Shown here: positions 12,717 to 25,206 of the stretch, piece after piece | How the letters are laid out: each line of letters opens with the position of its first letter | How positions within the stretch are numbered: the stretch's first letter is position 1 | Origin: Callorhinchus milii | Taxonomy: Eukaryota | Length of the DNA: 64,000 bases | Assembly (NCBI RefSeq): GCF_018977255.1 | Contig: NW_024704742.1 | Location: forward strand, 17,486,001 to 17,550,000 | Direction of reading: 5' to 3' | Notes under the pieces: model-generated | Database searches by the model: none | Seen by the model: only the letters and a program-made list of their open reading frames with translations | Told to the model about the DNA's origin: nothing | Program-made: the position numbers and the translations under genes

Positions 12717-13021
12717 GTGGAGTCCTGTAGCTCAGTGGTTAGAGCACTCGCCTCGCAAGCGAGAGACCTGGGTTAGATTCCTGGCAGGGAGAAATCTTGG
12801 GCAAGTTTGCTTACTCCATACGCCTGATAATAATCCCTCAAGAAAAAAAATAATAACAATTTGGTCACTCAATGCACGACTGTTTGTGGGACACTGCTGT
12901 GCGCAATTAGCTGCTGTGTTTCGCCCACAAATATACAGTCACTTTACAGTATATTCTGTGAAGTGCTTTGAGACATCTTGAAGATGTGAAAAGCGCTATC
13001 AAATGCAAAGATTATTATTAT
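12717..13021 (+). mobile_element. Full-length young tRNA-derived SINE (short form)
   Basis: gtggagtcctgtagctcagtgg start, (TTA)n end, CAATT on both flanks (possible TSD). Confidence 0.95.
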
Positions 13022-14508
13022 CAATTGAAATGTGTGTCTGTGTGTAGTGGGAAAATTACAGTTGCAATCCCACAGTGCTACCAGCTGATGGCAGTGTGCT
13101 TGAATGCTGTACCATGCACCCACCACCCTTAACTATGAGGTTATATATGACCAACAGGTTGGGGACATGTGGTCACTGAGCTGTAATCCTCGGAAATCCC
13201 CATATAACTGTCTTAATTAATTTTTATTGTCATTGAAAGCATCAACCTACAGAAGTATATACTGCATGTGTTGGAATTGTGCATGCTATCTCATCAGCTG
13301 TTGGTTCATGGAAATTGCTTTTCTGCTGTTAAGTGTCAGAGGCCATGAGAGGGAATGTTCATGTCTCTCAAAGAACCAGTTAAATGGGAAAGAGCTGGAC
13401 TTTATTTATGTGAAGACAGACAAAATGGGAGTTTTGGCACTTGAGTGGAAATGTTTTATGCATACTCAAGAAATGAACAATGCATGTTTAGCAAATCAAA
13501 TTGGAACCTGTTCGAAGCTGAAACTTAATAGCAATCCTCCCAAAAAGTTCCACATGGATTATTTAATCCTTTGAGCTCTTCAGAAGGATTTTGAGATTTA
13601 AATAAAACAGCATGCGGAGGATTTGGGTAACACAGCTGAAAATAACCTTGTTTAAAACCTTGCATAAAATAACCAAATAAATAACAGACAGCAAAAAGGG
13701 TTGATCTTATCTGAGCAACTTCATAAGCTTTTTTTGATTAGGCAAGTCTGCAGTAACCCAAGGTGGATTTCGAGGTCTAGATTTGTAAGGTAGAACCCAA
13801 TGGATCGGCTGGTCTAAGATGGACTTTTCTTCTCGCTTTCGGGTCGCTTTCAGTAGAGGATCAATGGAAGCAGCCTTGTGAATGCCTCACATCATCGTTT
13901 GTCCGATTTGCTGTCTTAAAAATTAATGAACTTGAGATTAATTACTACAAAGTGTTTGATTTTTTTCAACGTGATGAGGCCATATAATATAATAATTTCT
14001 ACTTAAATATCTGCATAGGTATTCTGAGTTAACGGCAGAATGAACCACTGGCTGTACTTGTTACAGGTAGTTCCAGTGTTCGGGTTACAAAGTGAACTTT
14101 ACTATACCTCGGAATTTGAGTTAGCACCATTAAAGACTCACTTCTGCCCCATTGCTGAGGTAGGCTTCACTATGTACGGCAGTAAATCTGTTCTTTGTTA
14201 CTCTAAGCACAGTGGAGTGGAGGAGACTTGATTATACAAATAGTGCACTTTCTGATATTGTTCCTCAGTTTAATGTATTAAGGAGTTTCATACAAGTTTC
14301 TTTGGTCATACCAGGACAGCCAGAAACAAATATTCAGTGTATTGCATGGCTGCCATAATGTCACACTGCATTTGAACCAATGATATACTGAGGCTTGTTA
14401 CAATAGAGTCGACTGTGTTATTAATACAGTAAACTCTGATAACTCTTCAACTTCAATGGAAAAGGGCTTAATTAAACAAGGGTATATGTATAAATAACTA
14501 AATAAATT

Positions 14509-14830
14509 GTGGAGTCCTGTAGCTCAGTGGTTAGAGCACTCGATTTGCAAGCGAGAGACCTGAGTTCAATCCCCGGCAGGTCAGGGCGAAACCTTGGGCA
14601 AGTTTTCTTACTCCACACAGAGCCTTATAATAATCCCTCCAAAAAAATAATAATAAATTGGTCATTTTCAATCTACGACTGTTTGTGGGACATTGCTGTG
14701 CGCAATTGGCTGCCGCGTTCACCCACAAATATACAGTCAATTCACTTTAAAGTGTGTTCTGTGAAGCGCTTTGGGACGTCCTCCCGACGTGAAAAGCACT
14801 ATATCAAATGCAAGGATTATTATTATTATT
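14509..14830 (+). mobile_element. Full-length young tRNA-derived SINE (CTCCC-loop tail variant)
   Basis: Same family; tail gggacgtcctcccgacgtgaaaagc. Confidence 0.95.
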
Positions 14831-17800
14831 AAATGCGGCTGGAATCTGATGACTTAAGTGATAGTGACAAGTTAAACCAGGGTTAAGTTTCCAGAAGTTT
14901 ACTGTATGTAAATCTTGACAGTGACAGTCTGTCGGCAGGTTAGTTGATCACAGGTTAGGATGATTTGATCACAGGGAGCATAACATCTGACTCGATCCTG
15001 TGCTCACTTGACCACCCGGATACATTTTCAGGCAGAAATTAGAGTGATCAGGAGCAGGAAGCATGCCTGCTTTTTCTTCTCTGTAAATCAGAATTTACAG
15101 GCCATCCGTCTGCTGCCCTTTCTTGTCCACAGCATACAGTCGGAGTGGGGCTCGGTGATGTCAGCAGTGACCCTGACAACACTGCAAGTGAGCACAAGCT
15201 GCCATGCTGTAACGGTCTCATTTTATATCCTCTCCCCACCTCCAGTTTTAATGGGCAGGGCTGCAGCAATGCAAACAATATAGCAGAGGGTGACCATTGC
15301 AAGTGGGAACGTGACCTAGCACAGAGTCAAATCCCTTCAGAACAGGAAGTGTTGGGAATAACTTAATAGAGAAAAAAATACCCTTTCTGCACGACATTAG
15401 TCTTCCATAAACCTAGTTTATAATGTAGCTCCCTTAAGCGGCTTTGCAGAGAAAGCCCACAAAGTAGCTCCTATCAATTGATAATATAATTGTGAATATG
15501 AAATCATGTGACTGCCAGGGGCTGACCGACAACCGATTTGTAAGCAATGTAAAGCTACTTTCCCAAATGCCCAAGAGTTAATGTTACGGTCCTCATGTAA
15601 TTTGTTTTTACAACACTGTACAACACAACAGATCTGTGTGAAAAATGAAGAGTAACAATTTCATTCACATTGGAGTGCTAGGCTCTAGGCAGGAAATAAA
15701 TTGCTCCCCTAAAATACATAAAAATATTATATGACAATCCTGCCTTAAATGCTGGGTCACTTTCTGCCAGAGGCATACTAGGAATAATCCATTTATCATT
15801 TATTAATCTAATAATCCTAGCTACCCAGACATTTGCCCACAAAATGCACAGTCACATCACTTTACAATATATTCTGCAAAGCAATTTGAGATGTTTTGAT
15901 GATGTGATAAGGCGCTATGTCAAATGCATGGATTATTAATAATAATGCAGAAAAAAACTTTCATTTGACCTCCATGGAAATGTTTAATGTCCTGATAAAT
16001 TTTACATACTACATTTAACTTCTAATAAAATATATCTTCTGTGTAAATATTCTCAATTAGCATGTTTTTTTTTCTGGTGCTAAAGATACCTGTCATAGAA
16101 TTACATGGAACATTACAGCATGGAACCAGGCCTTTTTTGGTGAGCCTTCCCCCTTCCCCCCATCCCTTTTCCCAAACTTGTTCATTCCCTTTTCCCTGAT
16201 GTGAGTTTCATCTTGGGCTGAACAATTTTGCCCACAAAATATACAATCAATCCACTTCACAATATATTCTGTGAAGTACTTTGAAACGTCTCAACGACAC
16301 GATAAGGCGCTATATCAAATGGGCTATATCAAAATAGTTTCAAAGCCGAGTATTCCTGTGATCCAGCATTGACATGTTGCACTGCGGGTGACTTTAGGCC
16401 CGATTATTTTGATGAAAAGATACGAGTGGCAGGGCGTTCACCTGAAATCAGCTGACATATAAACATGGGCAGAATTCCCATTGACCTAATAATATCACCA
16501 GAGATATAACAATAGCTTGCATTTATATAGCGCCCTTCACATGAGTAGTGTCTTGGAGTGCTTGATAATTATCACATCATATTTTTCACCTCATCCTAAT
16601 TTGAACAGTCAGCAAGAAGAATTGAGTTCAAGTTGGAACCCAGTGCTTTCACATGCCGTGCCTCTGGTTATCAAGGCGTGTGGTCACCTCAGCATATTGG
16701 TCAACCCCCAGTGCATTCTTGGAGCAGAAAAATTTGTGCTGAGTGCAGTGTCTCGGAGACTGGAAGTTATGTTTGATATGAGAAACAAGCAGTGGTTTCA
16801 TCTGGAAACTTTCCTTTGCATTACTGAAAAATGTGAAATGTGTGAACCTATCACACTCTCTCTGGTTTCTCTGGGTTCTGCTTTGTTACTGCTACTTGCA
16901 GTTCATCATGGTTTTCCTACATTTATCACCGGAAACCATTAACTGATGCTGAGGTACAGATGCAAAGCATCCCCCACCACCCACTCCCAAGTGACCATTA
17001 TTCTGTGGCCTGGTCAGTGAATGTTGTCTGTAGGAGACATAAGAGACAAGGCTGATCCTATATTCACTTGATGACCAGACCGGTGGTAACTTCTTGTTGG
17101 ACAGTGAACAGAAGCAGGAAGGCTGTCTGAATTATTTTTATTTTTATTTCCCTTCTCCAGGGGCATCAAAACCAGCTACACTGTTTGCATTGCTGTCACA
17201 GTTTAGATCCGTTCATGGGGATCAAGTCTGTGGTAATGCATGGCTCAGTACCAAACTGAGAGGTGCATTGAATCCTTTTGGGGAATCTGATTTCTGCTTT
17301 TCTGTTTAATAAAACCATCTTGAAGATCAGGGCAGACTTTGTACTTTGTATGAACTTTGGTGCCTGAGTTCTGATCTTTATTACTTGCTATAGTGTACTA
17401 TTCAGTAACTGAACCCTATTCACCCATTTGTGGCACCAGCTCTGCTACCCACACAATCAGCCTTTTCACATTTCCTGGGATTTTTCACTGTTCCACAGCT
17501 ATTGGATTTCATGTCAAATTAACAGACCCTAAATTTAAGGAATGACCTTCCACTGTGTTAGCTCAATAATTTGAGTCTGCCGATACTGACGACCGTACCA
17601 CTAGAAAAACACAGCCGTTTTATTTCATTTCACCATCTGTCTGTCTTGCAGTTTCCACCTGCTTCATTGATAGATGTCTTTGGTTAGTTGATATAATTTC
17701 TGCTTTTCCTTTTTGAAAACGTCAAAATTTCTCTGCTCTCTGAAGCTGATGTCTCCCATTGCACAAACATGCTGTATGTGCCAGCATCCTGTAAATACTG

Positions 17801-18189
17801 CTCATGATGTCGTTACTTTGGACTGACGTACATGATGTCTGATGCAGATGAAACATTAAACTGTATTGTGTTCTGCACATCAGCCTTCAAAGCAGAATTG
17901 TATTTTGTTGTTTTTCTCTATCATGTAGCTGTCGAACCACGTTAATCACATTGTTGTTCTAATTTGATTATACATTCCTGCCATCTAATAATAACTTTTT
18001 TTAGAAGACCTGTCTGGCTCCTCATTATTTCTTTAATGAGTGAAATTTTTGTCAGTGCTTAATATACACAAGTAATACCTTTATGTACGGGCACTGTTGA
18101 GTAACGTTTCAGTGCTTTACAGGATGGGACATGCAAGGAGGCCTTTGTGAATTGCAATCTCCAGCTTAAAATCTTTTTAAATGCTTTGA

Positions 18190-18480
18190 GGACTTAGTGG
18201 TGCATTACATCTCTGGAGCACTGAGCCCTGGGTTTGAATCCAGACGCACTGAGAGAAGAAAGCCATCACTCTCTGTCAGCTGTGAGGGCCATAGGTGAAA
18301 TGAGTCTCAACCGAGGTCCTTGAAGATTCATAACAGCATAAAATTGCCCATAGCTCTGCATGAATTAACACTAAATTGGCTCTGTGGCACAAAGCCGCAC
18401 AATAAGATAGCTGGTGTGGGAAATGGAAATTTCATATTAGTTCAGTGGAGTGTGGGTTTCTAGTGCTGCATTTATATTGC
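18190..18480 (+). mobile_element. LF-SINE-like relic
   Basis: gggtttgaatccag...gaaagccatcactctctgtcagctgtgagggccataggtgaaatgagtctca resembles the LF-SINE 5' half as I remember it. Confidence 0.55.
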
Positions 18481-18849
18481 ACACTTGGTGGTGAAGTGCA
18501 ATGATCTTGACAGTATTAATGGATGCTGAGGCAGCACTGCAGTCTCAATCCTTCCACTGTTCAGAAGAGCTGGTAGTGTATCAGGAAGAGGTGGTATCAG
18601 ATGTTATCAGGAATTGCACATATGTGAATCATACACAATGTATAAGTAACGTGGCTACAAATCACACTTGGCTCTCACATCTACAGTCAGTTTAAAGGCT
18701 CCAGTGGATGTCATGGGAACATTCAACACTGTATTTTTCTTAATATTATTGGAGATTGTCAGCTGTTTCAACCGTTGGCATTCTTGCCTCGAATTAGGAG
18801 ATTGTCTGTCTAAGCCCCACGTCAAGACTTTGAACTCATGGTCTAGCCT

Positions 18850-19120
18850 CGTTTTGAACTCATGGTCTTCCAGTATAGTACTGGGAACTGCTACAGTACT
18901 GCAGTGATAGAGGTGTTATCTTCAGATGTAATGTTAAACTGAGATCCCCTCTGCTTATTCAGATGGACATTAAAGATCCTTGGCACTCTTCATAAGAAGA
19001 GTTTCTCATTCACTTCATTCACTATATTTGCCTACAACCTGCACTTCCTAGGAATTTCTGTGAAGGAAATGCTTTGAGCCATCATCCAGACATGCCATAT
19101 CAATTGCGAGGTTTGTTTAT
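18850..19120 (+). mobile_element. DeuSINE body/tail fragment
   Basis: gaggtgttatcttcagatgtaatgttaaactgagatcccc...agatggacattaaagatcc. Confidence 0.7.
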
Positions 19121-19436
19121 TATTAAAGAGCCGATGATGCTATTTTGTGTGTAAGGTGGAGGAGGATGGGGTATAGTATGAATGTAGCAGAGGCTGAACA
19201 AGGTAGGACTCTACTGCCCTACAGCTGGAAGGAAGCTTGTGGATGGGATGGAGCACAGAAAAGCAGAGAGTGCAACATTGCTGTGCGCAAATTGGTTACT
19301 TCATTCGGCAACAAAATACATGCAGTCATACCACTTGAGACATGTCAAGAACATGATAAGGTGCTGTATCATATGCAAAGATTATTATTATTATTATCAG
19401 CCTAATGGAGTATATGCAAACTGAGTTATAGGGAGA

Positions 19437-19658
19437 AATTCCATATTGGCTCATGATTTGCTCTGTTTATACAGCAATTTGGAGCGACCAGAATTTGGCA
19501 AATTGTTGAATTCAGTATTAACCTGGAAGTTGGTTTTCTGCAGTTGCTTAAAATAACCGACAGAAAACCAGCTTCAAAATTAAGGCTGCATTTAAGAATT
19601 AGTTAAATTCTGGATGCAGTCACGTGCTACATAGAATAAATCTCGGCTCATCTAGAAT
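19437..19658. repeat. Long imperfect palindrome, probably a MITE relic
   Basis: 19488-19540 and 19561-19613 are ungapped inverted arms with 41/53 Watson-Crick matches. Weaker pairing extends outward. Confidence 0.8.
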
Positions 19659-20629
19659 GTTTGTGTCTTGTACATAGAGGGTATATTCAGCGTCAGACTC
19701 TGTTGATCAACTCAATTTGCAAGTAAATACCAGAAACTAATAGGTCACAAAAGAGGTTCAGGTGCATAAGGCCCTTCATCTTATTTGATGTCATCCTTCC
19801 AGAACTTCTGTCTTCCCACCACAACATCAAGCTGTTTCTTAAATGAGTCCACCATCCTACCCTTGATTCCAAGTTTGCTCGCCCGTGATATAGCACATCA
19901 ACAAATTGTATAACTAAGTACTGCTGTGCCACTCATCTTTTATCTTGTCCTAGTGCTTCACACCATGATAATGGTAATGACAGGCCTCGAAATAACTTGT
20001 GTTGAGATGGGCAGAGTGCTGTGCAGTGTAAGAGATAACTTCTGAACCATTTTGCAAACACCTAGCAACCACTGCTGCTCATTCTCCAATTGAAATTCTA
20101 CCCGTATTTGCAAACTCTAGTCTGGGTCACGTCCTTCTCTTTTGAAAAGATGCTACAATGCTATCACATTCTTGCCAACTTTATTTTTCCTGCAAAAGAC
20201 GTTTTATATACCAGAGAGGTTTAAATACAAACGGCAGCTAATCAGAGCGGGTCACCCTTCTTTCATGCCCTGTACCAGTGACAGATAAACAGTGAACCTA
20301 TCAAAGTATGTCAGAGCCAGGCATGGAGGCGGTGGGCAGTTGTCACAGCTGACGTGACAGGCCAGCCTATTTGAACTGTATCCTTTGGAAGCTCTCAAAA
20401 GACTTTGTAGCTTGGAAGATATGACGTCTTTTGGTTTGTCTTAAAGGGTGCAGTTATGAGGGGGAGATTTTCATAGGATCTCCCTGTGCAGTGTAGTGCT
20501 CTGGGATGCTACCCCACGTGAAGGGCGCTATATAAATCCAAGTTGTTGTTGTTGTTGGATTCCACATTTCCACCTTGGGGTGAACACCACCCTCCCCCAG
20601 CCAGTGATAATTATTAGCTGCTTTTGACC

Positions 20630-21602
20630 AATGTTTTTGGTCAATGTGATATGTGAGGGCATGAGTGTTTGTGTGTTAGATGGTGTGATGGATATGTGTG
20701 TGAGAGTATATGTATCTGTGGCTGTATTAGTGTTGAGTATGTGTGTGATGTTTGTGTGTGTATATATGCAGTATGTGTATTCCCTGCTCGCCGGACTTCC
20801 CAACTCTTCCCTTCACAAGATGCAAATTATTCAGAACTCTGCAGCTTGCGTCCTCTCCTGCAACAAGCCCTGCGAGCCTATCATCCCATCAGGCTCCACT
20901 GACTCCCCAGAGGAACAAGGTGGTCCCTCTGTGGTCTTCAACCGCCCTGCCTCTCCAACGTGTTAAACCTTACCAAGCCACCCGCCCCCTCCTCTCTGCA
21001 ACACTGGTCTACTTCAAGTCCCGCACCCTGCCTACCCCACCATTGGTGGTTGGGCTTTCAACCTTTCTGTCACCACCATCTGGAGCTCCATCCTGGAATC
21101 CCTTCGTCTTGCACCCTGCATCCCCCCCTGCCCGCTTCAAGGTTCATCTCAAGACCTTCCAAACCCCAGCTTAGGTGCAAACCTTTCGACTGTCCAGAAT
21201 CTTGACAAGTCCTCTCGACGCTATATAAATGCAATTTGTTATAGTTGTGGATTTGAGTGTGTGTGATAAATATTGGGTGTAGTGTTTGTGTATGTGGGGT
21301 GTAGAATATGTGTTTGGTGTAGTGTGTGTACGTGCTGTGTGTAGTATGTATGTGAGTGTTGGGTGGTGTGGTGCATGTATGTTTATGTATTGAATGTGTA
21401 GTGCGTGCACATGTATGTTTATGTGTATGAGTGTTAGATGTAGTGTGTATGTATGTGCAGGGTGTGATATGTATGTGTAAGTTTGGATTTATGTGAACGA
21501 GTGTTGGATGTAGTGCTTGTGTTGGGTGTCATATGTGTTTGTGATTCTGTGTATGTATTGGGTGTCGTCTGTGCTTTTGTGTGTGCATGTGGCAGTGTGT
21601 GT
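20630..21602. repeat. TG-rich low-complexity tract split by an L2 insertion
   Basis: (TG/TA)-rich sequence at 20630-20780 and 21250-21602. Confidence 0.85.
20780..21250 (+). mobile_element. L2 ORF2 3' fragment
   Basis: SLLAGLPNSSLHKMQIIQNSAACVLS...FKVHLKTF, with tail gctatataaatgcaatttgtt. Confidence 0.88.
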
Positions 21603-22283
21603 CCATTTTGGAGGATATTCTCAGTCCTGGTGCTATAAGTATACAAATACTCCTCTACACAATTCATTTTAATTGAGGAATAACATGATTTCTGCACAAT
21701 AACTTATGGTGTTTGATTCCTGGCCTCTTCAGAGAATGAGGTTTGAATTGTTCAGTGGGGTTAAAATATAATTTTTGATGTGATAAAAATTAGTAGTGTT
21801 AATTAGCACATTATATACCATTCCCCCCCTTCCTCTCCCCCTTTTCCCCGTGCTTTAGGATTCTATTTCCTAGCGTACATATAATAATGCACTAAGCTGT
21901 TACAGCACAGAGTCTGGGTACCATTCGTCACTGTCAATTTAAAATTTCCATTCATTTCAATTGGAAAGGTGGCTGCTGAGTTTACAAAACTGAGAGCAGT
22001 TGTTTGGAAAAGGGTTCATGATCCAAGTCGCTCAAGACATTTTCTCACCCACAATTGAAACATTTCTCAGAATACCAATTCCCTGACCTTGGTATGTCGT
22101 GTACCTGTTGGCAGGAATATGAACCTACCACAATACCTTTTTATTTATAAAAAAGAAATCACACACACATACTACACCCAACAAATACATTGACATCCAA
22201 CACCCGTTCACATAAACCCAAGCTTGCACATAGCGCACCCAACACGTATATACACACTACATTTAAACTTAGGCAATGATAGA

Positions 22284-22520
22284 TAATAATAATGATAATA
22301 ATAATCCTTGCATTTGATATAGCACCTTATTATGCCTTTGAGATGTCTCAAAGTGCTTGACAGAATATACTGTAAAGCATATTGTATATTTGCGGACTGT
22401 ATATTTTGTGAGCAAACAGGCAGCCAATTGTGTACAGCAGTGTCCCACAAACAGTCGTGGATTGAGTGACCATTTTTTAACGGATTATTACCCCTGGAAA
22501 AGAGATCCGTCAATCAACTA
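22284..22520 (-). mobile_element. tRNA-SINE, long-form 3' part
   Basis: Tail plus ggattattacccctggaaaagagatccg, the long-form segment. Confidence 0.85.
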
Positions 22521-22769
22521 ATAGATAGTGGGTTATTTGATAGCGGAGGAAATTTGCCAAAGATTCACAAAGGGAATCATTTCCTGTGAATCCTGCAGGT
22601 ACCCGCCCAGAATGTATCTGGCTGAAACTCCACTTGCTCTCTGAATCTCCTGTTTGGAGCAGGGAGCCTCCTTAGGCTATAATCTAAGTTTATTTGAGTC
22701 AAAAGATAAAACCAATATTCAGTGCGTTGGCCCCCATCAGTCTTTCAATAAGGAATCCACAAATTAAAC

Positions 22770-23460
22770 TCCAGTAAGAATATGGAACAAGAAAGGAGCT
22801 TTCGGGTTATCAAGCCTATCTCATAATCTGCAATTCTGTTCCAAGGCAGTTCATTTTGAAGGAATTAATCCACACATCATTAATTACTTTTGTTGGGAGC
22901 TCCACGTATCACCACTCTTTGAGGGAAAATCTTCGAAAATCCTTGAGGCTTGTTAATTTTAAACCAATATTCTCCTGTTCTGCTCTCAAAGTCTGGGACA
23001 GATAGTCAGTTTAGCATCCATATCTGTGCCTTCCAGCATTTTCAACAGATTATTTTCCTCCTCAATTTTCCTTTCTCCAAAAAAAGATCAGGTTTGAAAT
23101 AAGTCCCACTTTATAAATTAAAGCAGTAAATCCCTGACTCGTACTTGTTCCTCCTCTATTAAATGTCTTTGAATTAATATTTCCTTGAAGGTAGGACATC
23201 TGTGCACAGCAATCCAAATGCAGCTTCAATTGTGATCTATATACGGTTAGATTATTTTTTGGTCATGCATAAAATTCAGCTCCATACAGTAATTGATTAA
23301 CTTGTTGACAGCAACTTATTATGAGCTGGAATCCTTCAAAGATCAATAATCAAACCCTAATAATTATTTTCTCCACCTTTGCTAATGGATGCTCCTTCTT
23401 TGGGTCTTGAGAAAACATGACCCAGATGTTTTTGTGGGTGATTGCTTCTGTATAAGCACA
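22770..23460 (-). mobile_element. Old CR1 ORF2/3' fragment
   Basis: taagaatatggaacaagaaaggagc 3' end and tgtgcacagcaatccaaatgcagc (LDCCAQ-like motif on the minus strand). Confidence 0.55.
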
Positions 23461-23589
23461 GTGAGACTACAAGTACTCTTTATTTTCATCCGCCCACAAA
23501 ATACGCAGTCAATTTGCTTTACAATATATTCTGTGAAGCGCTTTGAGATGTCAAATGCAAGAATTATTATTATTATTTAGGTAAAAAAT

Positions 23590-23815
23590 TGTGAAAGGTA
23601 ATTTCAGGACAGATACCAGAAAGTTTTTCTTTACTCCGAGGATAATCAATGACTGGACGAGGCTGCCAGGATAGGTGGTTGAGGCCAGGTCAATGGTCAT
23701 TTGATAAACAGGTTAATGCTGTGATTGGTGGACAACAGGGTAGATGTTCTAGAATAATAAGATTGGATGTGCTGAAGGGCCTTCTTCATCCAAACCAATC
23801 TTGTGACCTTGTGAC
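23590..23815 (+). mobile_element. CR1 3' fragment
   Basis: gtgaaaggtaatttcaggacagataccagaaagtttttcttt...tggatgtgctgaagggccttc, then (ttgtgac)n. Confidence 0.7.
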
Positions 23816-24593
23816 ATGTTCTTTTGTTCTGTTTAATCAGTCCAGAGCTTCCTGTTTACCAATTATCTTCTTTCTCCTGTGTTATCAGCTGCCCATATTG
23901 TGGCTGTATCATCAATACATTTGCTCTTAGCTTTCTTATTGCTTAGCAGAATGAGTAGTATAAAGAACAGGGAGCTCAGAGCAAACGTGTGTTGAACTCT
24001 ACTACTACTCTACTACTATCTGACTGTGAGGGGCATCACACTCAAGCTTAATCTTGGCATCACACACATACACTTCCCAGCGATTGTCACTGAACTACAA
24101 TGAGGAGCAACAATAGGGTTATTCTTGCGTTCCCCCACCTTTTCTAGATAACGGGGATTGAGATCATTTGTAGCACCCCAACTGCTCCTCACAATTCTCC
24201 TCAATGGGAATTAAACCTGGCACTTTCAGAGTCTGTGTGGATCATTGCTGTGCGCTGCGAGAATTTACCTCTGATTCACCGGAAAACACTTTTGTGTTTT
24301 AAACTTAGCCAATTTTATAGTTTAGCAAACTTTTAGAGTTTTAGAGTTCAAAATTATTTGCAGACTTAACGTATAATAATAGCACCTATTAGTGTTGAAA
24401 TATCTGAAAGCGCTTCACAGGTAATTGCTGTAAAGTGACGTGACTGTGTATTTGTAGACAAATTTTGCAGTGAACTTGTTCACAATAAAAATATCCCACA
24501 ACCTTGAAGTAAATGCTGAATTTTATCTGGCCAATTTTAACATAATAAATAAAGAATGAATATTGAATGATGTATTTTTAATGTTCCTCACAG

Positions 24594-24661
24594 GTAATCC
24601 TGATTCTCACCAAAATGTTCCATTCAGACATGGGGAAGGTTCTGGAAAGCTCGCTGTGGAG
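24594..24661 (+). CDS. SORCS2: SORCS2 coding exon 2 (internal, 68 nt, phase 0 start and phase 2 end), N-terminal part of the VPS10P beta-propeller
   Basis: Acceptor ttttaatgttcctcacag and donor gag|gtgagt. Translates as VILILTKMFHSDMGKVLESSLW(R). As I recall, human SORCS2 reads VILILTKYYHADMGKVLESSLWR and SORCS1 reads VILILTKLYDYNLGSITESSLWR, so HxDMGKVL points to SORCS2. Confidence 0.95.
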
Positions 24662-24829
24662 GTGAGTCATTGCTTTGTTTATGTTGTGTACATATGGTAT
24701 TGAGAATGTATGAATTTCAGAGCCAGAAGGATTCCTTGCCAAAAAATGAAGGTAAGCTCAGGTGAGATGGGAGCTCAGTGTGACATCTGACTGTCTGTGT
24801 GTGAATTTTGATATCTGTGGCTTCCGAAT

Positions 24830-25206
24830 GACTGCGTTAGTAATTCCACTGCTTACTGTAAAAGAGCTATAAGAGACTGGAAGGCTCCAGGTTCAATCCT
24901 CAGTTCGTGATGAATTAATTGAACTCAGCAGGGGGATGCAGCTCGACTTTACTTGTGATCTCAGTGGCTCGGTCTAACATGGGGTGGGGGTGGGGGAGCA
25001 GTCAGGGTTTCCACTCCAGATCATTATCTAATCAATATCCTTCTTGGAAATTGTGTCGATGGAATCATCGGGTGTGGTTAAGACACTGCTTTGATGCCTG
25101 ACAACAGTGACTGCCTGAGGCCACATAGACAATACACTGTACCAGAGGGTGAATATGCCTGTATCTCTGGAAAAGCCTTCAGGATAGAAGGAGGAGGGGA
25201 GAAATG
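24830..25206 (+). mobile_element. AmnSINE2-like relic just downstream of exon 2
   Basis: ggaaggctccaggttcaatcc head, gtcagggtttccactccagatcattatc core, gccttcagg...ggaggaggggagaaa end. Confidence 0.6.

Larger units (their letters stand above)
1..24593 (+). other. SORCS2: 3' part of SORCS2 intron 1
   Basis: Lies upstream of exon 2. I found no exon-1-like sequence (signal peptide/propeptide, ...HNQAMVHW.GENSS) in the window. Confidence 0.85.

Noticed and set aside
24721..24751. ag|31 nt|gtaagc micro-exon or alternative donor just after exon 2
   Set aside because: The intervening intron would be only 59 nt, and the 90-nt exon extension reads AGG TGA (immediate stop). No support without RNA data.
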